Assembly (NCBI RefSeq): GCF_006345805.1
Contig: NC_043002.1
Location: 44,888,001-44,952,000, forward strand
DNA: 64,000 nt
From: Octopus sinensis
Taxonomy: Eukaryota
Direction of reading: 5' to 3'
A program made the position numbers and the translations under genes. A model generated the notes under the pieces. That model was not told the origin of the DNA, ran no database searches, and saw nothing but the letters and a program-made list of their open reading frames with translations. Below are positions 1-14,372 of this stretch, one piece after another (position 1 is the stretch's first letter; every line of letters begins with the position of its first letter).

Positions 1-1091
1 GCACATCGAAAGAAAGAAGTATATTGTTTGTCTATATGCTGCATAGTTATGTATGTAATTAATCATTGTTACATACAAAATGAGAAAGAAATATTAAAGA
101 AGCAGGAAGTAAGCTCACACAGTTAATGAAAATAAATGTGCAAGAGAAGAGAAATGAAAATTTTGAATGGCTTTTGTCACACGCAAATAGCAAATGAAGT
201 TGTAGAGATATTCGAGAATGCAATGTTTGGGAGACAGCAATTCAATTGAGAGGTTACTTGTGATCGCGCATGTGCATAAACTGTAGTTCGGTCATGAACA
301 CTTCTCTCTAGCCGGGGACAGTATAATAGAAGTTACTGTATATCATTATGTATGCGTTACTAGAAATCCATAATAGACGTATTTTTAAAAAATAATATCG
401 AAGATTCATATATTTTTCATGGCTTATTGCTTTTGCCGTTGACGAAAGCAGGTAATTCTCTGAATAAAATTACTCTAATTTCTTTATCTGAAGTTTTCTA
501 AACAGAAAACTAATAACGTCGTGGCTAATCTATGTTTCTGGTTGGTACATTTCATCAATGCAAAAAGCAGCTGTTTCGATGCATTTAAAATTGTATTAAT
601 ATACGTAACAATTTCGATACAGATAAAAATGATAATAGTATACTCTTTGTAAAAATGTTTCGGCTAAACCAAAATTTGATAATGGAAACTGTAATGCATT
701 TTATCTTAATTTACAGTGGTTAAAGAAATCAGATTAGTTTACGATGAAAATTTGAGAAGAATTGATGTTTTATTCTGTTGATAGGAATCATTAATCTGAT
801 TTCTGAAAGTACACATATGATTTAGGGTGAAATTGTGGATAATTATTTATAAAACTGGTCAGAATTGCATATTAATTAGATGTATATATGTTAGATGTCA
901 ACGGCATTACGTATGTAGAATTATAATATGGTACCCACTTTCTGGTTTGTTTTTGTTTTTTAATTTGTGTACTCATTTTTCGAACACTACTACAAATACT
1001 CCTAATCACCAAACTTTTAGAAATAAGTACATCATAGGGTACAGTATCAGTAGTCATGAGGTTGTTTTGTTTTACGCATATTCTTTAATAC

Positions 1092-1572
<481 letters not shown>

Positions 1573-1599
1573 TTTTTTGCACCTGAATATGTGCGAGTG

Positions 1600-1863
1600 T
1601 ATGTGTGTTTACGTAATATACACATATACATATATATATATATACGAACAGTTATGCAGCAGTCTGGTGCAGCCTCTCAGCTTACCAACACTGGTCAAAC
1701 CGTCCAACCCATGTCAGTATGGACAACGGATGCTAAATGATGATGATGATATATATATATATATGCAATTCTATATATATACACATATATGTAAATATAA
1801 ATATATGTATGCGTGTATATATAGCATATATATATACATTATATACATATATATGTATATGCA

Positions 1864-1894
<31 letters not shown>

Positions 1895-1985
1895 GCATAT
1901 GTATATATATACATGTATGTATGTATGTATGTATGTACGTATGTATGTATATATGTATGTAAGTATGTATGCATATACACACACG
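1600..1985. repeat. compound (TA)n/(TATG)n/(CA)n microsatellite
   Basis: Directly visible; source of the YI/MYVC low-complexity ORFs. Confidence 0.95.
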
Positions 1986-2542
1986 AAGGCTAGTACAAAA
2001 TAATGGAAGTACCATTGTTCTAGTCTGTACATATGGGTTTATATGCACTCCTTATGCCTTGTACTTTACGATAGAACCATCTATTTACCTTTTTTTTTTC
2101 CTTTTCGACCGTATCTCTATAAACCGTATCTCTTTTCCGCATCAGATATTTTTTTTTTCAATAGTATACTATCGAACATCATTTATAGTTATAATTTTCA
2201 AAAGATAACAATAGAGAAGTTAATACATATAATAAACTAAAATGACAGTATCACAATAAAAATTTCTAAAGATTTCTTTCGAAATTGTTTCCTATCATGC
2301 GGTTATTCCCTGCATTAAGTATGTCAATATTGTCTTAACTCTTGTTTTGCATGAGAATAAAGACACTCCGAATTTTATATGTCTTATACGAAATGCAGTG
2401 AATATGTAAAAATCAATTTATAGTAATCGATATTTCCACACTTTATGTCGAAGAGCTGGCAGAATCGTCAGTACGCCGAATGAAGTTATATATGTATATG
2501 TGTGTATGTGTGTACGCATACATTTACACATTCAAGCATACG

Positions 2543-2635
2543 TGCATACATACATACATGCATACATACATACATACATACATACATACATACATACATA
2601 CATACATACATACATACATACATACATACATACGT
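2543..2635. repeat. (CATA)n microsatellite
   Basis: Directly visible tetranucleotide array. Confidence 0.95.
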
Positions 2636-2691
2636 ACGTATGGACCTAAGTATGTGTTTATGTATGTATGTATGTATATTTTATGTATGTA

Positions 2692-5600
2692 TTCTCTTGC
2701 ATGTAGTTGCATATCTAGACATGCTCATATATATTTAAATGGTAAACCTCTGGAAAGTTTTACAGATTCTTACAGTTCTAGTGATGGATTAGATCTGTAG
2801 TCATCGAATTAGTTTTCTCCTTTCTGGTTTTGAGAAGCCTAATTTCTCAGGATTGGTATTTATGCAGCGGGTTACATACCCCAGGGCTCCAATAATTACA
2901 GGTATAAACCTGAACTTGTAATCTGGATAGAGTAACTGCAGATTTCTCAATAGTTCAGCATAGGTTTTTCTCTTTTTCACTGATCTTCAGCTTTATGCAA
3001 ACATCTGCTGAGCAGCTAATTTCCACAACTGTGCACAGTTTCTCTTCTATATCCCAAATCATTATATCAGGCCTGTTCTGCTTACATTTTACTGAGGTCT
3101 TCACTGGTACATTCCAGCAGTTTCTTTTCTTATTATGAGTAGCTACGGCTTCTACCATAGTGTGGGTTCTTATTTCTTTGTTCTTGGGATTATCCTTCCG
3201 ACGGATATCATTATAGAGTGTTCTAGCTAAAACGTCATGTCTCATCGGTAGATAATACCGTGATGAGATTTTCGCACAACTGCTTATGATGTGCATGATA
3301 TTTTCAGTGTGAACTCCAGAAAGTCTGCATCGATTGTCACATTTTACGGCTTTTCCTGCATCTCTATCCCTTTTGTGCATCAGGTACTAGTTGACATTTC
3401 CCGTTCCTGGATTGAAAAAGCATACCATTCAAAGTGGGAGGTAGTAATCCAGCTATTCGTCCATGATAAACTGCTTTGATGATCGATGCTATTATTATCA
3501 CGGAGCTTTCTGCTGACATATCCATGCATAGTCTTCTGCTCACATAAGCTCATCTTTTCATATATTGCGGTAGAGTCGTACAACGTCTTTGGGCATGTAT
3601 TCTAGGTTATCTGACAAAGTGTGTTGCACAAGGAGCTGCCTTCTAAGTCTTATGATGTTATTAGCTTCACGTATGAAAACTTGATCAATGGATGCACTTC
3701 GACGCTTGTTGGTTAAAAGATGTTGCCGAAGGGATACGATGCGACATTCAAATGCATTTTCGATTGCTGTTAAGCCTCTGCCGCTTTGTTTTCGTTTAGG
3801 AAGATGCGATCTACGTCACTGTTTATGTGGAAATTATGTGTGCTTGCTAGTATTTTTCGGGTTTTCACATCAATGGCTCGGATTTCATCAAGCGTCCAAT
3901 CAAGCAGCACCACAAATAAATTGTGGGCCAATGTTTTATTGAATGCAGAGAGTTCTGAGGTCCAAATAAGATATATTTTCACCCACCCTTAGATACCTGT
4001 AACATTCCTCGTTAGATATAGAAGGAAACATTCAAATCATTGATGGAGATGTTACTAGTCTGGTTTATAGTTTTCCTCCTTTTCACAGCCATATAACAAC
4101 ATTTATCCTGACCAAACTCCAACGCTAAATCCTTTGAGAATGTTGTAACTAGGTCAAGGTTCTTTTTCATATCATGCCTATTCTTCGCATAAAGTTTTAA
4201 GTCATCCACAAAGAAACAGTGTGTAATTTTGTTATTTCTGTTTCCTTGTAAACCAGTGAAATATCCTTCAGTCTTCCTTAACATGAATGACAAGGGGTTT
4301 ACTGAAAGTATAAGCTACATCACAGAGAGGTTGTCTCCTTCGAATATGCTTTTGCGATACTGTATTCTATCTGTGATAATACATTCACTCTTTGTGTTTA
4401 ATTTCATGATCAGTCAGGTCAGCTATGGCTTTGACTATCTCACTGGAACTTTAACAAGTCGAAGGGCTTCTAGTATCGATGAGCGGGGATCAGAGTCAAA
4501 GGCTTTCTTGTAGTCTAGCCACATTGAAACTAGGCTCCTTCTATGTTCTCGCACATCTGACACCACAGTTTTTGTTGATTAACAATTGCTCAGCACGTCC
4601 CCAGACTCCCTTCTTCCCAGCTGCTTGTTCTACAGTGATATTGTTATTGGTTTCACAATGGTCCTGGAGGAAGCAGTTTAAACATGCTGTATATATCTTA
4701 TACATTAAGTTCTAGCATGCAATTGGCCGGTAGTTTTTTACCATGTGGGTGGATCTGCATTTGGGGATCAATTTTGTCTCTGCCAGAGCTAAACAGTGTG
4801 ATATACTACAGTTCCCAATGAAAGCTTGCTGGTACAGATTGGTAAGATGTGGTCGGCAGAATGTTAGCTTCTTATACCAATATCCAACAATCAAGTCTCT
4901 TCCAGGTGCTTTTACGTCTTGGAGTTTGTGCATCAGAGATGTAAGAGTTTCACCATCAATGTTGCATGTCTTGGATGTAAGGCAGAAGCAATAGCTTTTC
5001 GGATTTCTTCCAGCTACAAAGCATCTTGGTTTCATTCCTTCTTTTCACTCGAGATTTTCTTCCAGAAGTCGTCTATATCTTCTCATGAAGGAGCCATTAA
5101 TGTGGTTTGGCTAACAGGCACTATAGAATCTGTTGGAATGACGCTAGCTGCGAAACCACGTGATGGTCTTATATCATTCATACATTCGTTTTTGTTTATA
5201 GAGTTTGGAAGAAGATTAATTTTAGATTTTTCTATAAAGTTACAGTTACTAACCTTCTTTCTATGTTCTAAAAATGCTGCTTCTTGGCGTAGTTGCTTGG
5301 CAGTAAAATGATTTAGTTCTGGATGCAGTTCGTCCCAATATGCTTTCAATCAATTCATATAGCCAATAGCAGAGTTTTGTTTCGTTTTTTCGACGCATTT
5401 AAATAGATCATTGTTCAACTCATAACAATGATCTGAGAAATGAGTTTTGTAGTTACAGTTCCTTCTGTATCTGCACCTAGAAAGAATTTGTTTGCGTGTT
5501 GAACTTTTGTCAACGTTCTGTTCCTCGGTTGTGATGTTGATGTTGCGTCTAGCCCTGTTGTATGTAGTAACTCTCTGCATACTAAATTCAAGTTTCAGTT

Positions 5601-5771
5601 GAAAATCATCACTACGATCATGAATAAAATGCTTCCTCACTTAATTCATCGGAAGATTAACCAGTTATTTAACAAGGCTGATAGTTGTGTCTCCAAAGTT
5701 GGAGATAATATTCATCGTATTTTCGATAAATAGTCTCCCACGCCAAATACGAGACTTGTCGCTTTGAGTAA
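2692..5771 (-). mobile_element. degenerate R4/Dong-clade non-LTR retrotransposon (RT + CCHC knuckle + restriction-like endonuclease), frameshifted
   Basis: Minus-strand fragments in the expected order: N-terminal WDELHPELNHFTAKQLR (5083-5349), RT start NYRPIAC (4712-5035), RT catalytic FVDDLKLYAK (4012-4293), CRL..ENIMHIISSC..RHD knuckle and NRPDIMIW..VEISC endonuclease (2955-3380), then FIPVIIGALG and stop near 2735. Confidence 0.9.
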
Positions 5772-5900
5772 TGTATGTATGTTTGTATGTATGTATGTAT
5801 GTATGTATGTATGTATGTATGTATGTATGTATGTATGTATGTATGTATGTATGTATGTATGTATGTATGTATGTATGTATGTATGTATGTATGTATGTAT
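5772..5900. repeat. (TATG)n microsatellite at the 5' flank of the Dong-like element
   Basis: Directly visible. Confidence 0.95.
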
Positions 5901-6757
5901 GCAAATCTTTTATATGTGCAATTTTTTCTATAGTACGCAGATGGCTTTCCCCAGTTAGCTATTGCGAAGTTTTGGATTCGTTTTTCCGATAACATCGAAG
6001 AGACAGACAAGAAAAAGAATTGCTAAAAAAGCCAAAAGGAGATCGGCTGTATATAGTAGCTTCGTGTTTTGTGAGCATATCGCCGGAAGGTTGCTGAGCA
6101 AACTCTTAGGCATTACATTATTTTAAAGTGTGGATTTTTAAAAGTTTTAGTTATTTATCCAGTATCACTTGTTCGTCATTATAAAGTATGGTATCATAAA
6201 TCTTAATCATTCTCAAGACTAGAATTACTTGTATTTTTCGACGGGTAACTATATATACATATGGATAGATAAATATATCTTCTACGCAAAACAATAAAAT
6301 TCTTTAAATCAGTTAAATCAGTTAACTGCTAGCGAAAGGTGGCAAAAAAAGGGCGCAGCATAGCAACACAATTTAACAAAATTGTTGCTGACCTAGGATT
6401 GATACCTGCCTCTGATACCAACAAGATATTCATTCTGTCCATTATTCTATCTACTCAAACGTGTTTACTTTCTCACATTTAGCATAGAAATATAATTGTT
6501 CGCATAAGTAATGATATGTTGCCGTCAGATAAATTAGAGAAATGCTATCATATGTTGGTTTCTTTTATAAACATCTATTATATGAGAAAATTAGCTTTAA
6601 GATCACGTGTAGATAAATAAACAACCTGGGGCTTTCAATAGCACTTCAAGAATAAATACAACAGACGAATACATAGCTACGCTCACAAATACATATACAA
6701 ACACACGCACGCGCCCACACATACCTATATATATACATATATATATATGTATGTATG

Positions 6758-6801
<44 letters not shown>

Positions 6802-6806
6802 ATATA

Positions 6807-6959
6807 AAATTATAAATGAGTTATCCACATAGTGGATAACTCTCTAATAATTTATGTATAAATTTGTATTTTCTCCGTAGTTTTTTGTGCTAAGCCACTT
6901 GGTGTTAAATTAATGGTATTATTAAATTAATATCGATTTTTCACCCTCATTTATAATTT
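6807..6959. mobile_element. about 150 bp element with 14-bp terminal inverted repeats, inserted in (TA)n
   Basis: AAATTATAAATGAG (6807-6820) / CTCATTTATAATTT (6946-6959); internal hairpin GAGTTATCCAC-ATA-GTGGATAACTC; right half resembles 54170-54270 in reverse. Confidence 0.6.
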
Positions 6960-6961
6960 AA

Positions 6962-7033
<72 letters not shown>

Positions 7034-8016
7034 ATATATACATGCATCTGGGTGTATGTGCCTGTACATATGATACATAATTTACGACAGTACAATCGCA
7101 AATTGTTGAAAATAAACGATAATTGATGCTTTTGTGTTCTACATTCTCTTTTGCTAATGATAGTTGCAGTTATTCTGCGGATTGGTTAATTCATTTCACA
7201 CTTTCTCAGGATTCTACCTTCAGTTTCTTCTATAATAATTCCAGTTTCTTTACTACTTACCATTTAAATAGAATACATATATTGTAATTATTGTAATACT
7301 TAACTTTGATGTATCTTTATATTCTCTCGGCTACGACTCTGTCAATTAACCAGATTCATTACCAGTCGCTCATGTAAACCTTCTCCATTTTCTTACTAAT
7401 GGAACAACCGTCATTATTGCAGCTGTTTTTCCGCTGGTTAACCTGTTACCTCCATTACCACGATCATGATCAACGATGGTAATTACCATTATCACAACAA
7501 TCAAGGTGATTACGACACAATTACTTACATTATATCAACTACCACCTTTAACACTACCACCATACGACCATTATTACAAGTATCGTTCGTTTTTCCACAA
7601 ACAGATGAAGTATATTGACTATCACTAAGAGAGATATCACTGATATATATCTCTATCTGTATCTATCAAATGCCGTTTTAACTACCGGTGACTTATATCA
7701 GCAGCATCCATATCTATATCACCATCTGTGTTACTAATTTTATCATTGAAGCTGTCATCACCATTATATTTACTAACACCTTGCTACTACGATTACTTCT
7801 GCTACAACTACTTCTACTACGGATATAAAAATTCATTTTCTGTCTGCAATTTAAGCTGTTCAGATACAAACGCTATGTTTCCTTTACCAATGGATCTCTA
7901 AGAAGTACAAGGTAACCGTCAAATTAATCAACTTCTAACCAAGGAGAACTGGTGTGACTGTGCACACAAACTGTATTTAGACTAGATTTTCAATCAGATT
8001 TAATATGTACTTCGTC

Positions 8017-8235
8017 AGGGCGGCGAGCTGGCAGAATTGTTAGCATATCAGGCAAAATGTTTAGCCGCATTTCATTCGTCTCTACGTTCTGAGTTCCAAT
8101 TTCACCAAGGTGGATTTTGCTTTTCATCCTTTCGGGGTCGATATAAAAGTCCCAGTTGAGGATTTGTGTCGGTGTGAGCGACTTACCCCTCTCCCGAACT
8201 TACTGGCCTTGTGCTAGAATTTGAACCCAATATTT
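8017..8235 (+). mobile_element. tRNA-derived SINE, family B
   Basis: GGCGGCGAGCTGGCAGAA head, TTCTGAGTTCCAAT box-B-like motif, core CTTTTCATCCTTTCGGGGTCGAT, tail GGCCTTGTGCTAGAATTTGAA. Confidence 0.85.
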
Positions 8236-8361
8236 ATTTCGTCAAGATACAGGTCTTAAATTCATAGAGGGCCGAAAAATTGAATATCGTGACAATAAAT
8301 AGCGCGAAAGAACGACGTCAGACAATTTCAATATAATTTTTTTTTAGATCGTTTTATATAT

Positions 8362-8552
8362 TGGTTTCAAATTTTGGCACAGTGCCAGCAATTTCGGGAC
8401 GCGGATAAGTTGATTACATTGACCCCAGTGTTCAATTGGTACTTATTTTACCAACCCCGAAAACATGAAAGGTAAAATCGGTCTCAACGGAATTTTCGGA
8501 CGAAATGCTGCTAAGCTCGGCGTGCTAACGATTCTACCAGCTCGCCGCCTTA
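8362..8552 (-). mobile_element. SINE family B
   Basis: Reverse complement of the family B head and core. Confidence 0.8.
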
Positions 8553-8814
8553 GATCGTTCTATATATAATTAAAACAAAAAAAATATGACATAAGTGAAG
8601 GAATATTTTTCAAGTATGATCAGAAACCTCACTGTGGTCTCAACGTGCTGGTAGATCTTACAACAGAAATTTTTCACTTGCTAATATACACAAGAAAAGA
8701 CGAGCTAATATTAAACATATAATGCTGACTGCAAACACAGTAGTTACGTTATAGATTTTGAATATAGGTACCGTTTCAAATTACCAAATTTGGGGCAATA
8801 CACACCGTCTACTA

Positions 8815-9030
8815 TATCGATTTCAAATTTTGGCATAAAGCCAAGAGTTTGGCGGGCGGGGCTGAGTCGATTAAATCGAGCCCAGTGCTCAAGTCGTACT
8901 TATTTTATCGACCCCAGGAGGATGAAAGGTGAAGTCAACCTCGGCAGAATTTGAACTCAGAACTTGGAGACGGACGAAATACCGCTAAGCATCTTGCCCG
9001 GTGTGCTAACAATTCTACCAGCCCGGCTCT
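8815..9030 (-). mobile_element. SINE family B
   Basis: Reverse complement of the family B core (GATGAAAGGTGAAGTCAACCTCGGCAGAATTTGAACTCAGAAC). Confidence 0.8.
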
Positions 9031-9238
9031 TTCACAGCGTCTATTGTATCGACAACAGTACTTAAAGAATAATCATTTTATCGATCCTGGAAGGATTAAA
9101 ATCATAAATGACTACAGCGTGATTTCAACTCAGAAAAATCCTAACTATATATTTCTTTACCACTTTGTTAATATTTCACCTGAATCTGCCACCGCATGAC
9201 ATTTCATAATTTTATTATGAAGGGTATTCTGTTCAAAA

Positions 9239-9654
9239 GCGGCGTGCTGGCCGAGACGTTAGCACGCCGGGCGAAATGCGTAGCCGTATTTCGTCTGCCA
9301 TCACGTTCTGCGTTCAAATTCCGTTGAGGTTGACTTTGCCTTTCATCCTTTCGGGTCGATAAATTAAGTACCAGTTACGCACTGGGGTCGATATAATCGA
9401 CTTAATCCGTTTGTCTGTCTTTGTTTGTCCTCTCTGTGTTTAGTCCCTTGTGGGTAGTAAAGAAATAGGTATTTCGTCTGTCTTTACGTTCTGAGTTCAA
9501 ATTCCGTCGAGGTCGACTTTGCCTTTCATCCTTTCGAGTCGATAAATAAAGTACCAGTTACGCACTGGGGTCGACATAATCGACTTAATCCGTTTGTCTG
9601 TCCTTGTTTGTCCCCTCTATGTTTAGCCCCTTATAAGTAGTAAAGAAATATATA
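9239..9654 (+). mobile_element. SINE family B with duplicated body, bounded by a 16-bp target-site duplication
   Basis: One head followed by two tandem bodies (GTATTTCGTCTG...TAAAGAAATA); AAGGGTATTCTGTTCA at 9220-9235 and 9655-9670. Confidence 0.85.
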
Positions 9655-12600
9655 AAGGGTATTCTGTTCAGTCCTTTCGAGTTTGAAGTTGTCTAAATTT
9701 TAAAATGTTCTCTGTGAAACCGCACAGTTCCGATTTCGCTCCTACTGTGCAAAGTGCATTCTTCTCAAACCCCGCTTTCACACGGTGGATAATGATGGCT
9801 TGTGTACGCTGTGCCAAAATAAAGACATAATGGTTATCTTTGGAACGATTTTGATCATAAGTATGATCGATCAGGGCTGATTGAAGAGTTAAATAATAAC
9901 GTGTGTGTGTGTATGCTTGCGAGCGTGTGTGCGTGCGTGTAAACAAGTGTGCATGCGCTTACATGTAGAGGATAGTTATATCATAGGTATATCAAGCCTT
10001 TCAATATGGCAGAGTTGCGAATTGTTTATGTTCTTCACAACACGATAAAATTCGCCCTTATATCCTTTCTCATTTTAGCGAAAGTCAGCCAATCAGCAGT
10101 GTTGTTGGAGCTTTTCTTTATAAAATATCGTTTAGTATTTGTTCCAACTCTCAGGCTCTGATTTCAAATTCTGCTGACGTCAGCTTTACCGTTTATTTTT
10201 TCGGTGTCAATAAATAAAGTACCTGCTCGGACAATGAAATGCCGTTTGATTGAACAAGTGTATTGTGTACATTATTTACAATATTTACATTTGACGGATA
10301 ATATGTAGATCATGTACATAATTCCTCATCTCTTAAATATAGACCAATAAACGTATTGTGGTATTCGTTCTAGTTCTTTACCCTTTGGGCTCAAATTTTA
10401 CTTTGTATCACTAGCTTCATATCGGAAACCAGAAGCATTTATTTATTGCTAACAGCAATCTCTTACCTATTTACAATGTTACTTTGGTATAAATTGTTTG
10501 TGTTAATGTAAACCCGTTTTAGTTATACGTTTATTCTAATTATTACTTTTTATATGCATGCTCATACTTAAATCTACAATCACACATACACACACACACG
10601 CATGAGTGTATCTATTTCTGTGTTTTTTTAAGTGCGTGTGTATCTGTGTATGTAAGAACTGCATGAAGCTCAATTAAATATTTGATGAAAACACTTGTTG
10701 AAGGAATTATGATGATAAATTGCATCACTGATATTTCATTCTATGTAAATAATTGGAAACTGCTGATCCCAATGTCAGATCAGCTAATTCATAAAATTTC
10801 ATAAACAACCATGTATAACAAAGTAAAGCCTTATATATACAATTAATCTTCATTCAAAAATTATGCTTTGAAAATTAACCGTTTTAAAACGTCATTCTAC
10901 AGATGTTAATCCAATATAAAGCGGTTTTAAAACAATATTTTGCCTTGTGTTAATCAATACAAATGCAGTTACCAGTTTGCGATTTCATTTATAAAATAAG
11001 ATGTTTTCATCTTCTAAAGGTTAAAATCCTGAAACCTTATACTAATTTCTCAACAGTTTTTTTCTCTACCAAGATCTAACTAATACAGTTTTATGTTCCA
11101 AAGTAATTTGTATTTTCTTCCTACCGAAGTTTATACTTCTGCTTCGATATTAAAGAAGATTAGATGCAAATTGTACGATTCATAGTGTTATACTGATTGA
11201 ACGCTTTATACTTAAAAATAGCATAAAAACATAAAAACGTATTTCCTCAGACGATTTTGTAAAGCAACACATTTTAAATTTGTGATTTAGTATTAAAATA
11301 GTATGAAATATACTTCCTTGGGTAAGACACTCAATACTTTAAGTCCTTTAAGGATATACGCTGAGAGAGATCACACAGACAGCAAGCTTCTAACGCGCAG
11401 TAAGCATTCAAATTACCTCTTTGCGAGGCTTAAACTTGCGAGAGCAACTATTCGGAAAGAACTTTTACTCTAAGGGTGGTTTTATAAAAAATTCCACGAT
11501 TTATAGAACAGTTTTTAAACATTAACAATATTCTAATTGTTGAATTGTTTGAAATATCACAATTGTTGAAATGTTCGATAGAGAATAGAATTAGGATTTT
11601 GTTATATAACACTACTAATAGTGGATGTGATGTGATATAAATTCTAAATCAAAAAACCAAGATTATTTCATATAACTGTAATCATTCAGTTCGATGACGG
11701 AATAACATTATGAGCTACGTAGCTTCAATGTGTTATTTGATTTTATCGCCACTCGTCTAGCATAAACAAATGGAAGAACAGCGCCGATATTAGATAGCCA
11801 GAAGAATGAGCTATTACAATTTATTTCAGTTTGTACACCTCATTCAATATCCTCTTATAGTCAATGATATTTAAATTCTCGTCAAAATGCTTACATTGTA
11901 ATATTTATTTGGTACCCAAAGTTGTTTCAATTTCTATTTCAATCGTCGTTTAATGAAGGAAAAGACGGCTTATGTTTATTCTTTGTTTAATTGACTGTAA
12001 AATTATATCCAAAGCTGAACAAACTATAGCAATTTATTCTTCTTAAACTATTCAGGCCTAAAATTGTTTGCTCACAAATTTCAATATCCGTTCGTGTACA
12101 GGAATATACGAGAATTTTATTCCAGGAAACCTCAACAAGAAATATTTCTTGTGTCAAACATTGTATATAAATTTCATTGAAGTAGATAAGTGTGACTAAA
12201 GTATCTAAACTATACGTTTACTCAGTAGTGCCTACACACACATATAGATGGGTGGATGTTTACTTGTTGTGTTATATATATATATATATATATTTATATA
12301 TGTATACTCCGAGAAATTCCTGTCTATTCTGTGAACTAACGAAAAGATACTTGATAGAATTTCTGAAAGACTATCGAGATGCCTACACGCATATAGATGT
12401 ACTTTCGCAAAATGCAGTGAGAATGTATTTTCAGTAACCATTAAATTAGTGTAATTTTATTTTATTTTACTTTAAGTTATGGACGACTTAAATTTAATTT
12501 AAACCTCCCCGTTCTTCTAAACACCTACTAAATATCTAACTCGCTTTGTAATCATGAGTGCGCCTAACCTTGCGTGTGTGTATGCTCACATTTTTGCTAA

Positions 12601-13209
12601 TGCTTGTATGAGCGTGTGTACTCGTGCCAAGCAGCTTGCCCGAGGGTGTTTATACATCCATGTCTATATATATATATATATATAACTTATAAAATAAAGG
12701 CAAAAGAAAAGTTCTAATGCCAAATATGCCGAAAATAAACAAATTGTCGATACCCATTATGATTTATGCATCTCGAAACAAGCCGATAGAAATTTCTAAA
12801 AAATTCCGTTAATACCGTATTGGTCCCATTTCAGAGTTAATTCATAAGGATTTTCCCCTCCTCAGTGATAAATACGTAAGACATAAATGAAATACTTACT
12901 CATACCCATGGAAAAAAGCAAGCATCAAGTCCTGAGCAGACCTAAGTACCCCAAATATATCCAAAATAGAAAATCTTCAATTGGCACCTCAAAAAGTTGA
13001 TCAGAGATTGTAACGAACTTGGTGTTACAGTGCAAAATAAGGCATCTCTCTTGACTTCTTCATAGGAGGCAGAAAACTTTTAGGTGATAAGTTTTGCCAC
13101 AGATATAACATCTGCCTTACAATTTCAGTGGCTGAAAATGGCGAAAGAAAAGTATATTTAATGAAAACTCACCACCGATGTTTCAGTGTGGATTCCACTT
13201 TTGATACCA

Positions 13210-13210
<1 letters not shown>

Positions 13211-13282
<72 letters not shown>

Positions 13283-13286
13283 CAAC
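13211..13286. repeat. (TAA)n microsatellite
   Basis: Directly visible. Confidence 0.95.
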
Positions 13287-13334
13287 ATTGAAAAATACCT
13301 TAGGAATGAGAACCCAGGTTCGAAATTTCCCCAA

Positions 13335-13380
13335 GACACCTGAAGAATTCTGAAGGGTATATCAGCCGAAACGTTGTGTT
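13335..13380 (+). ncRNA. type I hammerhead ribozyme motif (stem II base damaged)
   Basis: GACAC | CTGAAGA 13340-46 | A TTCTGA..TCAGCC | GAAA 13368-71 | palindromic stem III ACGT | T | GTGTT. Same repeat as 58520-58670 in reverse. Confidence 0.65.
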
Positions 13381-14149
13381 CTTTTCATGAGTGTAGTATG
13401 AGAAAGATTTGGCTGTTATTTCTAGCAAACTGAGCAATCACACGGAGTTATTCAATTGGCTCATTTGTTGATGTGTATAAGTAAACAAAAACTAAAAGAA
13501 CACACACACGTGTATATATGTGAATGTATGTGTGTGTGGGTGTGCGATAATAAGTATCTCTTTTTATATTTTTTGTTAAGTTAGAATTTTTACTGTTTTG
13601 GTCAGGATTTTTCCAATTTCTTTTTTCATATATCAAGCGATTGACGAAAGCACTTAAAGAATTAAATTCATAGAGCCGAACAAAATAAAAAATATAAATT
13701 TTATTTTTACCCTTTACTTTTTACTTTCCTGCAATATAATTAATTACTGTATCCTATATATTGTGTCCTGAGTATTTCAGAAATCTCATTTAATTTCAGA
13801 TTCAATATTATTATCTTTTAATTCCCATATAAATTTGCTTAATTCGGTAGAGTTGATTTTCTGTTTATTTTTAAAAGACTGGTGTTTAACATGGACTGCT
13901 CCACTTGAATACAACTTTCCAACGTAGTTGTAAAATACACACTATTTACAAACAGCGAACGACTTTTGGTGGCAGAATAGTCACCAAACCATATTTCTCA
14001 CAATGGGAAAAAAAATTTCACTTCATGTGAACACTTGAAATACAGTTTTCCAATAATGGTAAATGTTGTTGTTGTAAAATCATACACTGTTAAAAAGTGA
14101 ATAATTTTTGGTTTGAAGTATATGTCCACCAGACAATGAGAAAAAAATT

Positions 14150-14372
14150 CATTTACTATGGACCATTTTGTTGAACCGCAAGTAGACCAACATCCTGAAT
14201 CCAGTGAGGATTCCCTGTTTGTAAAACATAAGCACAGACAACGACACTCATTGGGTCCAAGAGAAAAGTCTTACCTTGCAGCAGCTTGTTTTTGCAGGCT
14301 AAACACTGACTCATGGGAAGTATGCAGGCTACTTGGTTAACAAGCTACTTACCGCACAGCCACTCCTACGCG
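14150..14372 (-). mobile_element. diverged SINE family A fragment
   Basis: CAAGCTACTTACCGCACAGCCACTCCTACGC is the reverse complement of the family A head. Confidence 0.6.

Noticed and set aside
6818-6842. Inverted pair of DnaA-box-like TTATCCACA sequences
   Set aside because: Eukaryotic repeat context; best explained as a hairpin within a small TE.
9239-9654. Repeat-spacer appearance suggesting CRISPR
   Set aside because: Long SINE body duplication; no short regular repeats, unique spacers or cas genes.
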